This document shows, one piece after another, positions 25,201 through 40,200 of a stretch of DNA of 64,000 bases (within the stretch, counting starts at the first letter, position 1; every line of letters starts with the position of its first letter). Under the pieces are notes generated by a model. That model was not told where the DNA came from, ran no database searches, and saw only the letters and a program-made list of their open reading frames with translations. The position numbers were made by a program, and so were the translations under genes. Source of the stretch: the human T2T-CHM13v2.0 reference genome, Homo sapiens; assembly GCF_009914755.1 (NCBI RefSeq), contig NC_060925.1; one strand, written 5' to 3'.

Positions 25201-28200
25201 GAATCAAATGGAATGGAATCGAACGGAATGGAATCAAAAGGAATGGAATGAACTGTAATGGAATGGAATGGACTGGAATGCAATGGATTGGAACGGAATG
25301 GACTCAAAAGGAATCTAATAGAATGGATTGGAATAGAATTGAATGGAATCGAATAGAATGGACATTAATAGAATGGACTGGAATGCAACTGTCTTGAATG
25401 GAATGGAAAGTAACAGAATGAATTCGAATGGAATGGATAGGAATGGAATGGAGTGGAAAGGAAGGGAATCGAATGGAACAGCATGGAATCGACATGAATG
25501 GAATGGAATCGATTGGAATAGAATCGAACAAAATGGAATGGAATGAAATGGAATCCAATGGCATGGAATCGAAAAAAATGGAATGGAATCGAATTGAAAA
25601 GAAAGGAATGGAACAGAATGGAATGGAAGGGAATGGACTCCAATGGAATGGACTGTATTAGAATGGACTGGAATGGAAAGGACTGGAATGGAATCTAATC
25701 AAATGGAATGGAATCGAATGGAAAGGCATAGAATGGAATACAATCAAATCAAATGTAATGGAATCGCATGGAATGGAATCGGATGGAATTGAATCAAAAA
25801 GAGTGGAATGGAATGGAGTGGAATAGAATGGAATTGAATGGAAACGACTTGAATGCAATGGAATCGAATGGAATGGAATTGAATGGAATCCAAAGGAATG
25901 GAATGGAATAGAATGGAATGAAATGGAATGGAATGGAATGGAATCAAATGGAATGGAGTAGAATGGAATGGAATAGAATGGAATGGTCTCGAATGGAATG
26001 GACTCGAGTGGAATGTATTCGAATGGAATGGACTCAAATGGAATGGACACAAATGGAATGGACTCAAATGGAATGCAATCGAAAGTTATGGAATAGACGG
26101 GATGGAATGAAATGAAATGGAATTGAATGGAATGGACTGGAATGTAATGGAGTGTAAAGGAAAGAACTCGAATGGAATGGACTGGAAAGGAATGGACTCG
26201 AATGGAATGGCCTAAAAAGGAATGTAAGCGAATGGAGTGGAATCAAATGGAATGGAATATAATGGAATGGACTGGAATGGAATGGACTCGAAAGGAATGG
26301 ACTGTAATGGAACTGTCTCGAATGGAATGGATACGAAAGCAATGGAATTGAATGGAATGGAAACGATTGGAATTGAATTTAATGTAATGGAACAGAGTAG
26401 ACTGGAATGGAATGGAATTGAAAGGAATGGACTGGAATGGAATGGTCTCGAATGGAAAATAATTGAAAGGAATGGAATTGAATGGAATGGAATGAAATGG
26501 AATGGAATCGAATGGAATTGAATGGACAGGATTTCAATACAATGGGCTCGAAAGTAACGGACTAGAATCAAATGGCCTCTAATGGAATGGAATGGAATGG
26601 TGTCGAACGGAATGAAATAAAATGGAATGAAAACAAATGGAATAGAATCTAATGGAGTGGAATGGAATGGAATGGAATCTAATGGAATGGAATCAAACCG
26701 AATAGACTCGAATTAAATTGACTGGAATGGAACGGTCTCGAATGGAATGGAATGGAATGGAATGGAATCAAATGGAATGAAACGGACTTCAAAGGAATGG
26801 AATCGAATTGAATGGAATTGAATATAATGCAATGGAAGGGAATGAAATAGAATGGAATGGAGTGAAATGGAATGGAATAGACTCGAATGTAATGGACCGA
26901 AATGAAATGGACTCGAAGGGAATGAACTCGAATGCAATGGTAGCGAACGGAAAGGAATGGAATGGACTCGAATGGAATGGACTGGAATGGTATGCAATGG
27001 AATGGAATGGAAACGAATGGAATGGAATTCAATGGAATCGAATGGAATCAAATGGAATGGAATGGAATGGAATGGAGTGGAATTGAACAGAATGGAATGT
27101 AATGAAATAGAAAGGAATGGAATAAAATTGAATGGAATGGAACGGAAAGGAATGGAATGCAAAGGAATGGAACGGAATGGAATCAAAAGGAGTGGAATGG
27201 AATGGAATTGAATAGAATGGAATGGAATCGAATGTAACGGAATGGAATGGAATTAATGGTAATGGAATGGAAAAGACTCGAAGGGAATGGAATCGAAAGG
27301 AATAGAAAGGAATGGAATGGAATGGACTGGAATGGAATGGAATGGAATGGAATGGAACGGAATGGAATTGAAAGGACACGAATGAAATGGAAAAGAATGG
27401 TAAAGAATTGAATTGAATGAAATGGAATGGAAAGGAAAGGAATGGAATCAAATGGAATGCAATGGCATGGAATACAATAGAAAGGAATGGAAACGAATGG
27501 AATGGAATTGAAGGGAATGCAATGGAATGGACTGGAATGTAATGGACTGAAATGCAATTAACCCGAATGGAATGGACTCGAATGGAATGGAATCAAATGG
27601 AATGGATTGGAATCGGATGGAATAGAATGGAATGGAATGGACTTGAAAGGAATGGAATGGAATGGAATGGGCTCAAAGGGAATGGAGTCGAATGGAATTT
27701 ACTGGAATATTATGTAATGGAATGGATTTGAATGGAATACACTCTACTGGAACAGAATGGAACGGAACGGAAAGGAAGGGACTCAAATGTAATGGACTGA
27801 ATGGCAATGCAGTCGAATGGAATTGACACGAATGGAATGCACTGGAATGGAATGGACTCGAATGGAATGGACTCTAATGGAATGTCCTGGAATGGAATGG
27901 ACTCGAATGGAATGGACTCCATTGGAATGGACTCGAATGGAATGCAATCGAATGGAAGGTAATCTATTGGAATGGAAACGAATGGAATGGAGTTGAATGG
28001 AGTGGACTCGAGTGGAATGGATTGCAAAGGTACGGTCTCAAATGGAATGGATTTGAATGCAATTGAATGGAATTGAATCGAATAGAAAGGAAAGGAATTG
28101 AGAGGAATGGAATGGAATGGAATGGAATCAAATGCAATCGACTGTAACTGAATGGACTCAAATCGAACGTACTCGAATGGAGTGGAATTGAATGAAGTGG

Positions 28201-31200
28201 ATCCAAATGGAATGGAATCAAATCTTATGTAATGGAATCGATTGGAATGGAATCGAAATGAATGGAATCAAAAGGAATCGAATGGAATGGAAAGGAATGG
28301 AATGGAATTCAATGGAACTGAATGTAATCGAATGGAATGGACTCAAAAGCAATGTATTTGAACAGAATGTAATCGAATGGAACAGAATCCAATTAAATGG
28401 AAAAGAAAGGAATGGAATGGAAAGAAATGGAATGGAATGGACTCAAACGGAATGGACACGAATGGAATGGAATTGAATGGAATGGAATCGAATTAAATGG
28501 AATGGAATGGAACGGAATAGAATGGAATGGAATGGAATAGAATGAAATCGAACGGAATGGAATGGAATGGAATGGAATGGAATCGAATGGAATGGAATCG
28601 AATGGAATGGAATTGAATGGAATGGAATCGAACCAAATTGAATGTTATTGAATGGAATGGAATGGAATGGATTGGCAAGCAATGGAATCGAACGGAAAGG
28701 AGTCGAATGGAATAGAATTGAATTGAATGGAATGAACTGGAATTAAACGGAATTGAATTGAATGTAATGGAATTTACTCGAATGTAATGGATGGGAATAA
28801 AATGGCCTCGAATGAGATGGACTCGAATGGAATAGAGTTGAAAGAAGTTGAATCCATAGGAATGGACTCCAGTGGAATGCAATCAAATGGAGTGGACTGG
28901 AATGGAAGGGATTCAAAAGGAGTTGCCTGGAATAGAACGGTCTCGAATGGAATGGAATCGAATGGAGTGAAATGGAAAGGAATGGAATAGAATGAAATGG
29001 AATAGAATGGAATGGAATGGAAAACACGAACGTAATGGATTGGAATGGAATGGAATCCACTGGAATAAAATCGAATGGAATAGAATCGAAAGGAAAGGAA
29101 TCAAATCAAATGCACATGAATGGAATGGACAAGAATGAAACTTTCTCGAGTGGAATGGTATTGAATGGAATGGAATTGAATGGAATGGAATAGAGTGGAA
29201 TGGAATGGGATGGAATGGAATACAATGGAATGGAATGGAATCAAAAGGAATGAAGCGGAATGGAAATGAATGGAAAGTAATGGAATGGAATAGAATGGAT
29301 ATGAAAGGAAGGGAATGCATTGGAATGCAAGGAAATGGCATGGAATGGAATTGAATGTAATGGACTGGAATGAAATGACCTCTAATGGAAAGCTGTCAAA
29401 TGAAATGGAATGGAATGGAATAGAATGGAACTGAATGAAATGAAATCGAACATAATGGACTGGAATGGAAGGTAGTCGAGTGGAAAGGACTCAAATGGAA
29501 TGGACTCGAATGAAATTGAGTGCACTGGAATGGATTCCAATGGAATGCATTCAAATGGAGTGGACTGCAATGGAATGGATTCAAATGGAGTAGACTGGAA
29601 TAGAATTGTCTTGAATGGATTGGAATAAAACGGAATGAAATGGAAAGGAATGGAATTGAATGCAATGGAAAACACTCGAACAAAATGGACTGGATTGGAA
29701 TGTACTGAACTGGAATAAAATCGAATGGAATGGAATAGAATGGAATAGAATCAATCGAATGATCATGAATGGAATGGACGAGAATGCAACTTTCTCGAAT
29801 GGAATGGCATTGAATGGAATGGAATCGAATGTAATGGGATGGAATGGAATGGAATGGAATCAAAAGGAATGAAATGGAATGGAAACGAATGGAATGGAAT
29901 GGAATGGAATGGAAAAGAATGGAAATGCATGAAATGGAATGGAATGCAATGGAATGGAATGGAATGAACTCAAATGTACTCGACTGGAATGGAATGGCCT
30001 CGAATGGAATGGTGTCAAATGGAATGGAATGGAGTTGAATACAATGGAATTGAATGGAATGAAATTGAACGTAATGGACTGCAATGGAATGGACTCGAAT
30101 GAAATGGACTCGAATGGAATGGACTCGAATGTAAAGGACGCCATTGGAATGGATTCCAATGGAATGGAATAAAATGGAGTGGACTGGAAAGTAATGGATT
30201 CAAAAGGAGAAGACTGGAATAGAAAGGTCTCAAAAGGAATGGGATCAAATAAAATGAAATTGAAAGGAATGGAATTGAATAGAATGGAAACCAAAGGAAT
30301 GGAAAACACTCGAACGTAATGGACTGGAATGGAATGGACTTGACTGGAATAAAATAGATAGGAATAGAATTGAATGGAATGAAATCAAATCGAATGTAAA
30401 TGAATGGAATAGAAAAGAATGCATGTTTCTCGAACGGAATTGCATTGAATGGAAAGGAATCTACTGGAATGGATTCGAATGGAATGGAATGGGATGGAAA
30501 TGGATGGAATGGAAAGGAATGGAACTGAATCAAAAGGAAAGAAATGGAATGGAATCGATTGGAATGGAATGGAATGGAATGGAATAGAATGGAAATGGAA
30601 GGAATGGAATGGAATGCAATGGAATGGAATGGAAAAGACTTGAATGTGATGTACTGTAGTGGAATGGACTCGAATGGAATGGAATTGAATGGAATCCAAT
30701 GGAATGGAATAGTATGGAATCGAATGGACTCGAATGGAATGGAATCGTATAGAATATTATTGAGTGGAATGGGATCAAATGGAATGGAATCAAATAGATT
30801 TGAATGGACTGCAATGGTATGGAATGGAATCGAATATAACGAACAGCAATGCAATAGAATCGAATGGAAAGGAATAGGAAGGAGTGGAATCAAAAGGAAT
30901 GTAACCGAATCAAATGGACATGAATAGAATGGACGGGAATGCAACTTTGTCAAATAGAATGGAATCGAATGGAATGTAATCGAATGGTACGGAATGGGAT
31001 GGGATGGAATGGAATGGAATGGGATGGAATGGAATGGAATGGAATGGAATGGAATAGAATGCAATGGAATGCAATGGAAACCAATAGAATGGAATGGAAT
31101 GGAATGGAATGGAATGGAAATGAAAGGAAGGGAATGGAATGAAATACAATAGAATAGAATGGAATTCACTAGAATTGAATGGACTATAATGGAATTGACT

Positions 31201-34200
31201 AGAAAGGAATGGAGAGGAGTGGAACAGTGTTGAATAGAATGGAATCGAAATGAATGGAATTGAGTGCAATGGGATCGAATGGAATGGAATCAAATGGAGT
31301 GGAATGGATTTGAATGAAATGGACTCGATTGTAATGGACTGGAATGGAATGGACTCGAATGATATGGAATCGAAAGTAATAGAATTGAATGGAATGGAAT
31401 CTACCAGAATGGATTCGAATAGAATGGATTGGAATGGAAGAGTCTTGAATGGAACGGAATTGAATGGAATTGAGAGGAATGGAATGGAATGGAATGGAAT
31501 GGAATGGAATGGAAACTATTGGAATGGACTCGAATTGAATGGAATGTAACGGAATGGTCTCGAATAGAATGGAATTGAGTGGAATGGAATCGAATGGAAT
31601 GGAATCAAATGGATTGGAATGGAATGGAATGGAATGGAATGGAATGGAATGGAATTGAATGGAATTGAAAGGAATGCAGTGGAATGTAAGAGAGTGGATC
31701 AGAGTCGACCCGAATATAATGGACTGGGGTGGAAAGGATTCGAATGGAATGGACACATATGCAATGGAATCGAAAGGAATGAAATCAAATGTAATGGAAT
31801 CCAATGGAAAGGAATAGAATAGAATAGATTGGAGTGGAATGGACGGGAATGGATTGGACATCAATGGAATGGACTTGAATGGAAGGGAATCAAATGCAAC
31901 AGAATGTAATGGAATGGAAAGGAATGGAATGGACTCGAATAGAATTGACAGGAAAGGAAAGTTCCCGAATGGAATGGAATTGCATGGAATGGAATGGAAT
32001 GGAATGGAATGGAATGCAATGGAATGGAATGGAATGCAATGGAATGGAAGGACACGTATGTAATGGACTGGAGTAGAATGGATTGGACTGGAATTTAATG
32101 GACTGGAATGGAATGGACACGAATGGAATGGTTTCAGAAGTAATGGAAAGAACGGAAAGGAATGGACTCGAAGGCAATGGACTAAAATGGAATGGACTTG
32201 AATGGAATGCAATGGAATGGAATGGAGACGAAAGGAATGGAATCGAATTGAATGCAATCGAATCAACTCGAATCGAATGGAATGGAATGTTTTAGAATTG
32301 AACGGAATGGAATGGAATGAAATCGAATAAAACGGAATTGAATGGCAAGGAATCGAATGGAATGGAATGCGATGGTATGGAAAAGAATGGAATCAAACTG
32401 AATGGAATTTACAGGAATGGAATGGAATTCAATGTGATGGAATCGAATGTAATAGAATGGAATGGAATTGAATGGAATGGTATAGAAAGGACTCGAAAGG
32501 AATGGAATGGCATGGAATAGAATCGAATGGAATGGAATGGACTTGAATGGAGTGGAATGGAATGGAATGTAAAGGAAATGAATGGAATGGATTGGAATGC
32601 AATAGAATGGAATTGAAGGAAATGGAATGGAAAGGAACCGAATCGAATTGAATGGAATGACATGGAATTGAATCGAATGGAAAGGAAATGAATAGAATGG
32701 AATGGAATGGAATGCAATGGAATGGACTCGGATGTAATGGAATGAAACGAAATGGACTCGAATGGAATGGACTCAAATGGAATGGAATCGAATGGAATGG
32801 AATGGAATCGAAAGAAATGGAATGGAATGGAATGCAACGCAATGGAATAGAATGGAATGCAATGGAATGGAATCAAAAGGAGTGGACTAAAATGAAACGC
32901 AATGGAATCGAATGGAATTGAATGGAATGGATTTGAATGGAATGGACTCGAATGGAATGGATTCGAATGGAATGTAATCGAATGGAATGAAATTGAAAGG
33001 AATGGAATCGAATGGGATGGAATCGAATGAAATGGAATAGAATTGAATGTACTGGAAAGGAATGGACTGTAATTGAATGAATTCTAATGGAATATACTAG
33101 AATGGAATGGACTCGAATGGAATGGACTCGAATGGAATGGACTCAAAAGGAATGTAATTGAATGCAGAGGAATTGAATGGACTTGAATAGACTGGACTGG
33201 AATGGAATGGACTCGAAAGGAATGGACTGTAATTGAACGGTCTCGAATGGAATGGAATCGAATGGAATGGAATGGAATGGAATGGCATGGAATTAAATGG
33301 AATGGAATGGACTGGAATGCAGAGGAATGGGCTTGAATGTAATGGACTGGAAAGGAACGAACTTGAATGAAATGGACCCAAATGAAATGGAATCAAATGG
33401 AATGGAATTGAATGGATTGAAATTTAATGGAATGGAAGTGAATGGAATGGAATCGAATGGAATGGAATGGTATGGAATTGAATGAAATGGAATGGAAAGG
33501 AATGGAAAGGAATGGTCTCAAATGGAATGGAATGGAATGGAATGGAATGGAATGGAATGGAATGGAATGGACACGAAGGTAATGTACTTCAATGGAATGC
33601 AATCGAATGAATTCTAATGAAATGGACTCGAATGGAATGGGGCTCAAATGCATTGGAATTTAATGGAAAGGAATAGAATGGAATGGACTTGAAGGGAATG
33701 GACTCGAATGGAATACAATGGAATGGAATGGAAGCGAATGAAATGGAATTGAATGGAACGGAATTGAATGGAATGCAATGGAATGGAATGGAATTGAATG
33801 GAATGGAATGGAATGAAATCGAATGCAATGGAATGGGCTCGAATGTAATGCACTGGAATGGAAAGGACTCAAATGAAATGGAATTGAACGGAATGGAATC
33901 GAACGGAAAGGAATCTAATAAAATGGAATAGAATGGAATGGAATCGAATCAAATGGAATAGAAATGAATGGAATCGAATGGAACGGAATCAAATGAAATG
34001 GAAAGGAAACGAATGGTCTGTAATTGAATGCAATGGAAATGAATGGAATGGAAAGGAATGAAATGGAATGGACACGAAAGTAATGGACTTGAATGGAATG
34101 GAATGGAATGGAATGGAATGGAATGGAATGGAAAGAATGGACTGAAATGTAATGGAATGGAATGGACTCGAATGGAATGGACTCAAAGGTAATTGAATCG

Positions 34201-37200
34201 AATGGAATACAATGGAATGGAATGGAATGGACTGGAATGGTTTCGAATAGAATGGACTCGAAAGGAATGCAAAGCAGTGGAATGGACACGGATGGAATGG
34301 AATCGAATGGAATGGAATCTAGTCAAATGGAATTGAATGGAATGGAATGGAGATGAATGGAATGGAGTTTAATGGAATGAAACGGAATGAAATCGAATGG
34401 AATTGAAACGAATGGAATGCAATTGAATAGAATGGACTCTAATCAAATCGAATGTAATCAAATGGAATGGAATCAAAGGGAAGGGAGTTGAATGGAATGG
34501 AATGCAATGGAATGGAAATGAATCGAATGGTGTGGACTGGAATGGAACGTACTGGAATAGAATGGACGCAAACGGAATGGACTCGAATGGCAGGGAATGC
34601 AATTGAATGGAATTCAATGGTCTGGAATGGAATGGAGTGTTATGGAATGGTCTCCAATGGAATGGAATTAAACAGAATGCAATCGAAAGGGATGGAATCG
34701 AATGGAGTGGATTCGAATGGAATGGAATGGAATGGACTCGGAAGGAACAGACTAGAATGGAACGGTCTCGAATGGAATGAAATCGAATTGAATGGAATTG
34801 AATGGAATGGATTCAAAGGAATGAAATCGAAGGGAATCATATGATCTGGAGTGGAATAGAATAAACTTGAATGTAATAGACTGGAATGGAATGGAATCGA
34901 ATGGAATAGAATATAATGGAATGAAATCGAATCAAATGGACACGAAGGGAATGAAATGGAATGGAAAGGTCTCAAATGGATTGGAATCGAACGGATTGGA
35001 ATGGAATGGGACGGAAACGAATGGAATGGAATGGAATGGAATGCAATGGATTCGAATTCAATGTAACGGAATGAAACGGAATGGAAATGAATGCAATGGA
35101 ATAGAATGAAATCGAATGGAATGTCATGGCATGGAATGGAATGGAATGTACTCGAATGGAATGGAATGAAATAGACTGCAATGGAATGGAATGGAATCGA
35201 ATATAATGGAATGGCACGAGATGGAATCAAATGCAATGGAATCGAATATAATGTAATGTAATGGAATGGAAAGGAAACGAATGGTATGGCACAGAAAGGA
35301 ATGCAATGGATTCGAATTGAACCGAAAGGAATGTAATGGAATGGAATGGAAAGGATTGGTTTGGAATGAAATGGAAAGGAATGGAATGGCAAGGCATGGA
35401 ATGGAATGGAAAGGAATGGAATTGAATGTACTAGAATGGAATGGAATGGAATGGAATGGAATGCAATGGAATGGAATGGAATGGAAAGCAATGGAATGGA
35501 ATGGAATGGAATAGAATCGTACAGAATGCAATGGCATGGAATGGAATTGAACAGAATGGAATGGAATGGAATGGAGTGGAATGCAGTTGAATGAAATGGA
35601 ATCGAATGGAATGGTATCTAATGGAACGGAATTGAATTCAATAAATTGGAATGTAATGGCCTCGAAATTAATGGAATTGAAAGTAATGGAATGAAAGGCA
35701 ATCAAATGGAATCAAATGGAATTAAATGGACTGGAATGGAATAGACTGGAAATTAATGTACTGGAATGGAATGGAAACGAAAGGAATGGAATCGAATGGA
35801 ATTGAAATAAATGGAATGGAATCAAATGGAAGAGAAACGAATGGAATGGACTCTAATGGAATGGATTGGAATGGAATGGTCTCAAAAGGAATGGAATTGA
35901 ATGAAATGAAATGGAATAGTATGAAATGGAATGGAATGAAATGGAATTGAATGGAATGGAAAGGAATGGAGTGGGATGGAATGGAAACAAATTGAATGGA
36001 ATGGAATGACATGGAATGGAATCAAAGGGAATGGAATCGAATGAAATAGAATCTAATGGAATGGAATGGAATGGAATGGAATGGAATGGAATTGATTCAA
36101 ATGGAATGTACTCGAATGGAATACACTCAAATGGAGTGGAGTGTAATGGAATGGAAAGGACTCGAATATTATGGGCTGGAATGAAATGGAATCGAATGGA
36201 ATGGACTCGAATGGAATAAAATGGATTGGAATGGAATGGAAAGGAATGGACTTGAATGTAATGGAGTGGAATGTAATTGATTGTAATGGAATGGATTTGA
36301 ATGAAATGGTTTCGAATGTAATGTTATATAACGGAACGGAATGAAATGGCATGGAATGGAAAGGAAAAGAATGGATTGGAAAGGACTCGAATGTAGTGGG
36401 CTCCATTGGAATGGAATCCAATGGAATGAAATAGAATGGAATGGAATCCAATGGAATGGAATACAATGGAATGGAATCCAAAGGAATGGAATCAAATGGA
36501 ATGGACTGGAATGAGATGGACTCAAATGAAACGGACTGGAATGGAATGGTCTCTAATGGAAAGCAATGGAATGGAATGGAATGGAATAGAATGGAATCGA
36601 ATCAAATCGAATATAATGGATTCGATTGGAATAGAATGGTAGTGAAAGGAATGGACTCCCATGGAATGTACTCGAACGGAATGCAATCAAATGGAATCGA
36701 ATCAAATAAAATAGAATGGAATGGAATGGAATCAAATGGAACGGAAAGGAACTGATTGAAAACCAACTGAATGGAAAGGAATGGAATCCAAAGGATTCGA
36801 ACGGAATGGAATTGAATGAAATGGAATTGAATGGAATGGAAAGGAATGGAATGGATTCGAATGGAATGGAATTGCATGGAATGGAATCGAATAAAATGGA
36901 ATGGAATTGAATAGAATGGGATGGAATGCAGTGGACTGGAAAGGATTCAAAAGGAGTGGACTTAATTGAGTCGAATCGTATGGAATGGAATGGAATGGAA
37001 TGGAATGGAATAGAATGGAATGGAATCGAATGAAATGGCGTCGAATTGAATGTATACGAATCGAACCTGTCCAGTCTAATGTAATGGGATAGAATGGAGT
37101 GGAATTTAATGCAATGGAAAGACTAGAATGGAATTAAATGGAATGGAATGGAATGGAATGGAATAGAATGTAATGGATTGGAATGGAATGGACTCGAGTG

Positions 37201-40200
37201 GAATGCACTCGAGTGCAAAGGAATCGAATGCAATTTTATTGAATGGAATGAAATCCAATGGAATAGAAAGGAATGGAATGCATTGGAATGGACTGGAATG
37301 TAATGGACTCGAATGGATTGAAATTGAATGCAATGGATGCGAATGGAATGGAATCGAATCGAATTGAATGGAATGAAATGGAATAGAATAGATTATAATG
37401 TAAAAGAATAGAATGGAATGGAATGGAATTGAGAGGACTCGAATCAAATGGACTCAAAGGGAATGGAATAGAACAGAATAGAATGGAAAGGAATGGAATT
37501 GACTCGAATGGAATAGAATGGATTGGAATGGAATGGAATTGATCGGAATGGATTCCAATGGAATGAAATAGAATGGAATTGAATGGAACGCAATGGAATC
37601 AAATGGAATGGAATGGCATGTAATAGAATCTAATGGAATCGAATTGAATGGAAAAGAATCGAAAGAAATGGAAAGGAATGGAACAGAACGGATTCGAATG
37701 GAAAGGAATGGAATGGAATCTAATGGAATGGACTGGAAATGAATGGATTCGAATGGAATGGAATCGAATGGAATGGAGTCATATGGAATGGAATGGAATG
37801 GAACAGTCTCAAGTGGAATGGAATGGAATAAAATGAAACTGAATGGAATCTCATGGAATTGAATGGAATGGAATGGAATCGAATAGAAGGGAACCAAATA
37901 GAAGGGTGTGGAATTGAATGGACTAGAAGGGAATGGACTCCAATGAAATGAACTCGAATGGAATGGAATGAAATTGAATGGAATGTTATAGAACGGAATC
38001 GAATGGAGTCAAATGGAATGGAATGGATAGGAATGGAATGGAATGGAATAGAATAAAATCGAATGGAATCACATGGAATGGACTGAAACACAATGAACTG
38101 GAATGGAATGAACTCGAATGGAACGAACTCCTGTGGAATGGATTGCAATGGAATGGATTCTGATGGAATGGAATAGAATGGAATGGGCATGAATGGACTG
38201 AACTGGAATGGAAAGGTCTTGAATGGAATGGAATCGAATGGAATGATATCAAATGGAATTGAATGGAACGGAAAAGATTGGAGTGGAATGGAATGAAATT
38301 GACAAAACTGAATTGACTGGAATGGAATGGAATGTATTCGAATGTAAAGGACAGAATGAAATGGGCTCGAATGGAATGGAGTTGAATGGAAAGGAATCGA
38401 AAGGAATGGAATCCGAAGGAATGGAATCACAAGTAATGGAAAGGAATGGAATGGAATCAAATGGATGGGAATCGAATGGAATGGGAAGGACTGGACTGGA
38501 ATGGAATGGACTCGAAAGGAATAGACTGGAATGGAACCCTCTCGAATGAAGTGGAGTCGAATGGATTGGAATTGAAAGGAATGGATTCAAATAGAATGGA
38601 AAGGAATTGAATGGAATAGAATGGACTCGAATGTAATTGACTGAAAGGAATGGACTCGACCAGAATGAAATCAAACGGAATGGAATCAAAAGGAATTGAC
38701 TCGAAAGGAAGGTAATCGAATGGAATGGAATCATATGGAATAAAATCGAACGGAAAGAACTAGGATTGAATGGATCGGAAAGGAATGGTATCAAATGGAA
38801 TGGAATTGAATGGAATGGAATGGAGTGGAACGGAAAAGAATGGAATAGAATCGAATGGAATGGAAAGGAATTGAATGGAATGGAATGGAATGGAATGGAA
38901 TCGATTGGAATGGAATGGCATGGAATGGAATCGAATGGATTGGAAGTGAATGGAATACTATGTAACGGAATGCAATGGAATGGAATGGAATGGATTCGAA
39001 CGTAATGGACCAGAATGGAATGGAATCGAAAAAAATGGAATGGAATGGAATGGACTCGAATGGAATGGACTCAAAGGGAATGGAATAGAAAGGAATACAA
39101 AGGAACAGAATGGTATCGACTCAAATGAAATGGAATGGAATGGAATGGAATGGCATGCAATGGAATCAAACTGAATGGAATCGAATGTTAAAGAATCAAA
39201 TGGAATGGAAAGGAATGGAATGGAATGGATTCGAAACGATTGCACTGGAATGCAATAGAATCGAATGGAATGGAAACGAAAGGAATAGACTGGAATGGAA
39301 TGGAAGGGAATAGAAAGGAATCGAATCGAATGGAATAGAATCTAATGTAATGTAATGTAATCGATTGCAAAAGAATGGAAGGGAATCCAATGCAATTGTC
39401 TGGAATTTAAAGACTTGAATGGAATGGACTCCAGTGGAATGAACTGGAATTTTATGGAATCGAATGGAATAGAATCGAATGAAATGGAAGTGTATGGAAT
39501 GGAAACGAATCTAGTCTAATGCATTGGAATGGAATGGATTGGAATCGAATGGAATTCACTGGAACGGAATGGACTGGAATTCAATGGACTCGAATGGAAT
39601 GGACTCGAATGGAATGGATTTGAAAGGAATGGACGTGAACGGTATGGAATTGAAAGGATTCGTATGGAATTGTCTCCAATGGAATTTGCTCAAATGGAAT
39701 GCAATCGAGTGGAATGGGTTAGAATGGAATGGTATCGAATGGAATGGAATTGAATGGAACAGAATTGAATGGATACAAATGGAATGAACTGATATGAAAC
39801 TGTCTCAAATGGAATGGAATGGAATGGAATGGAAAACAATGGAATGGAATGGAAGGCTCTGGAAAGGAATGAAATGGACTCAATGTAATGGACTGGAATG
39901 GAATGGAATGTACTGGAATGTAATGGACTGGAATGGAATGGATTAGAAAGGAATGGAGTAGAATGGAACAGAATCGAATGGAATGAATTCTAATGCATTT
40001 GAATCCACAGAAAGAAAAAAAATCGAATGCACTCTAATGAAAGGGAATTGAATGGAATGGAAAATATTGGACCCGAATGGAATGGACTCGAAAGGAATGG
40101 ACTTGAATGGAATCGTCTTGATTAAAGTGGACCCAAATGGATTGGAATAGAAAGGAATGGAATCGAAAGAAATGGAATCAAATGGAGTTGACTTGAATGG

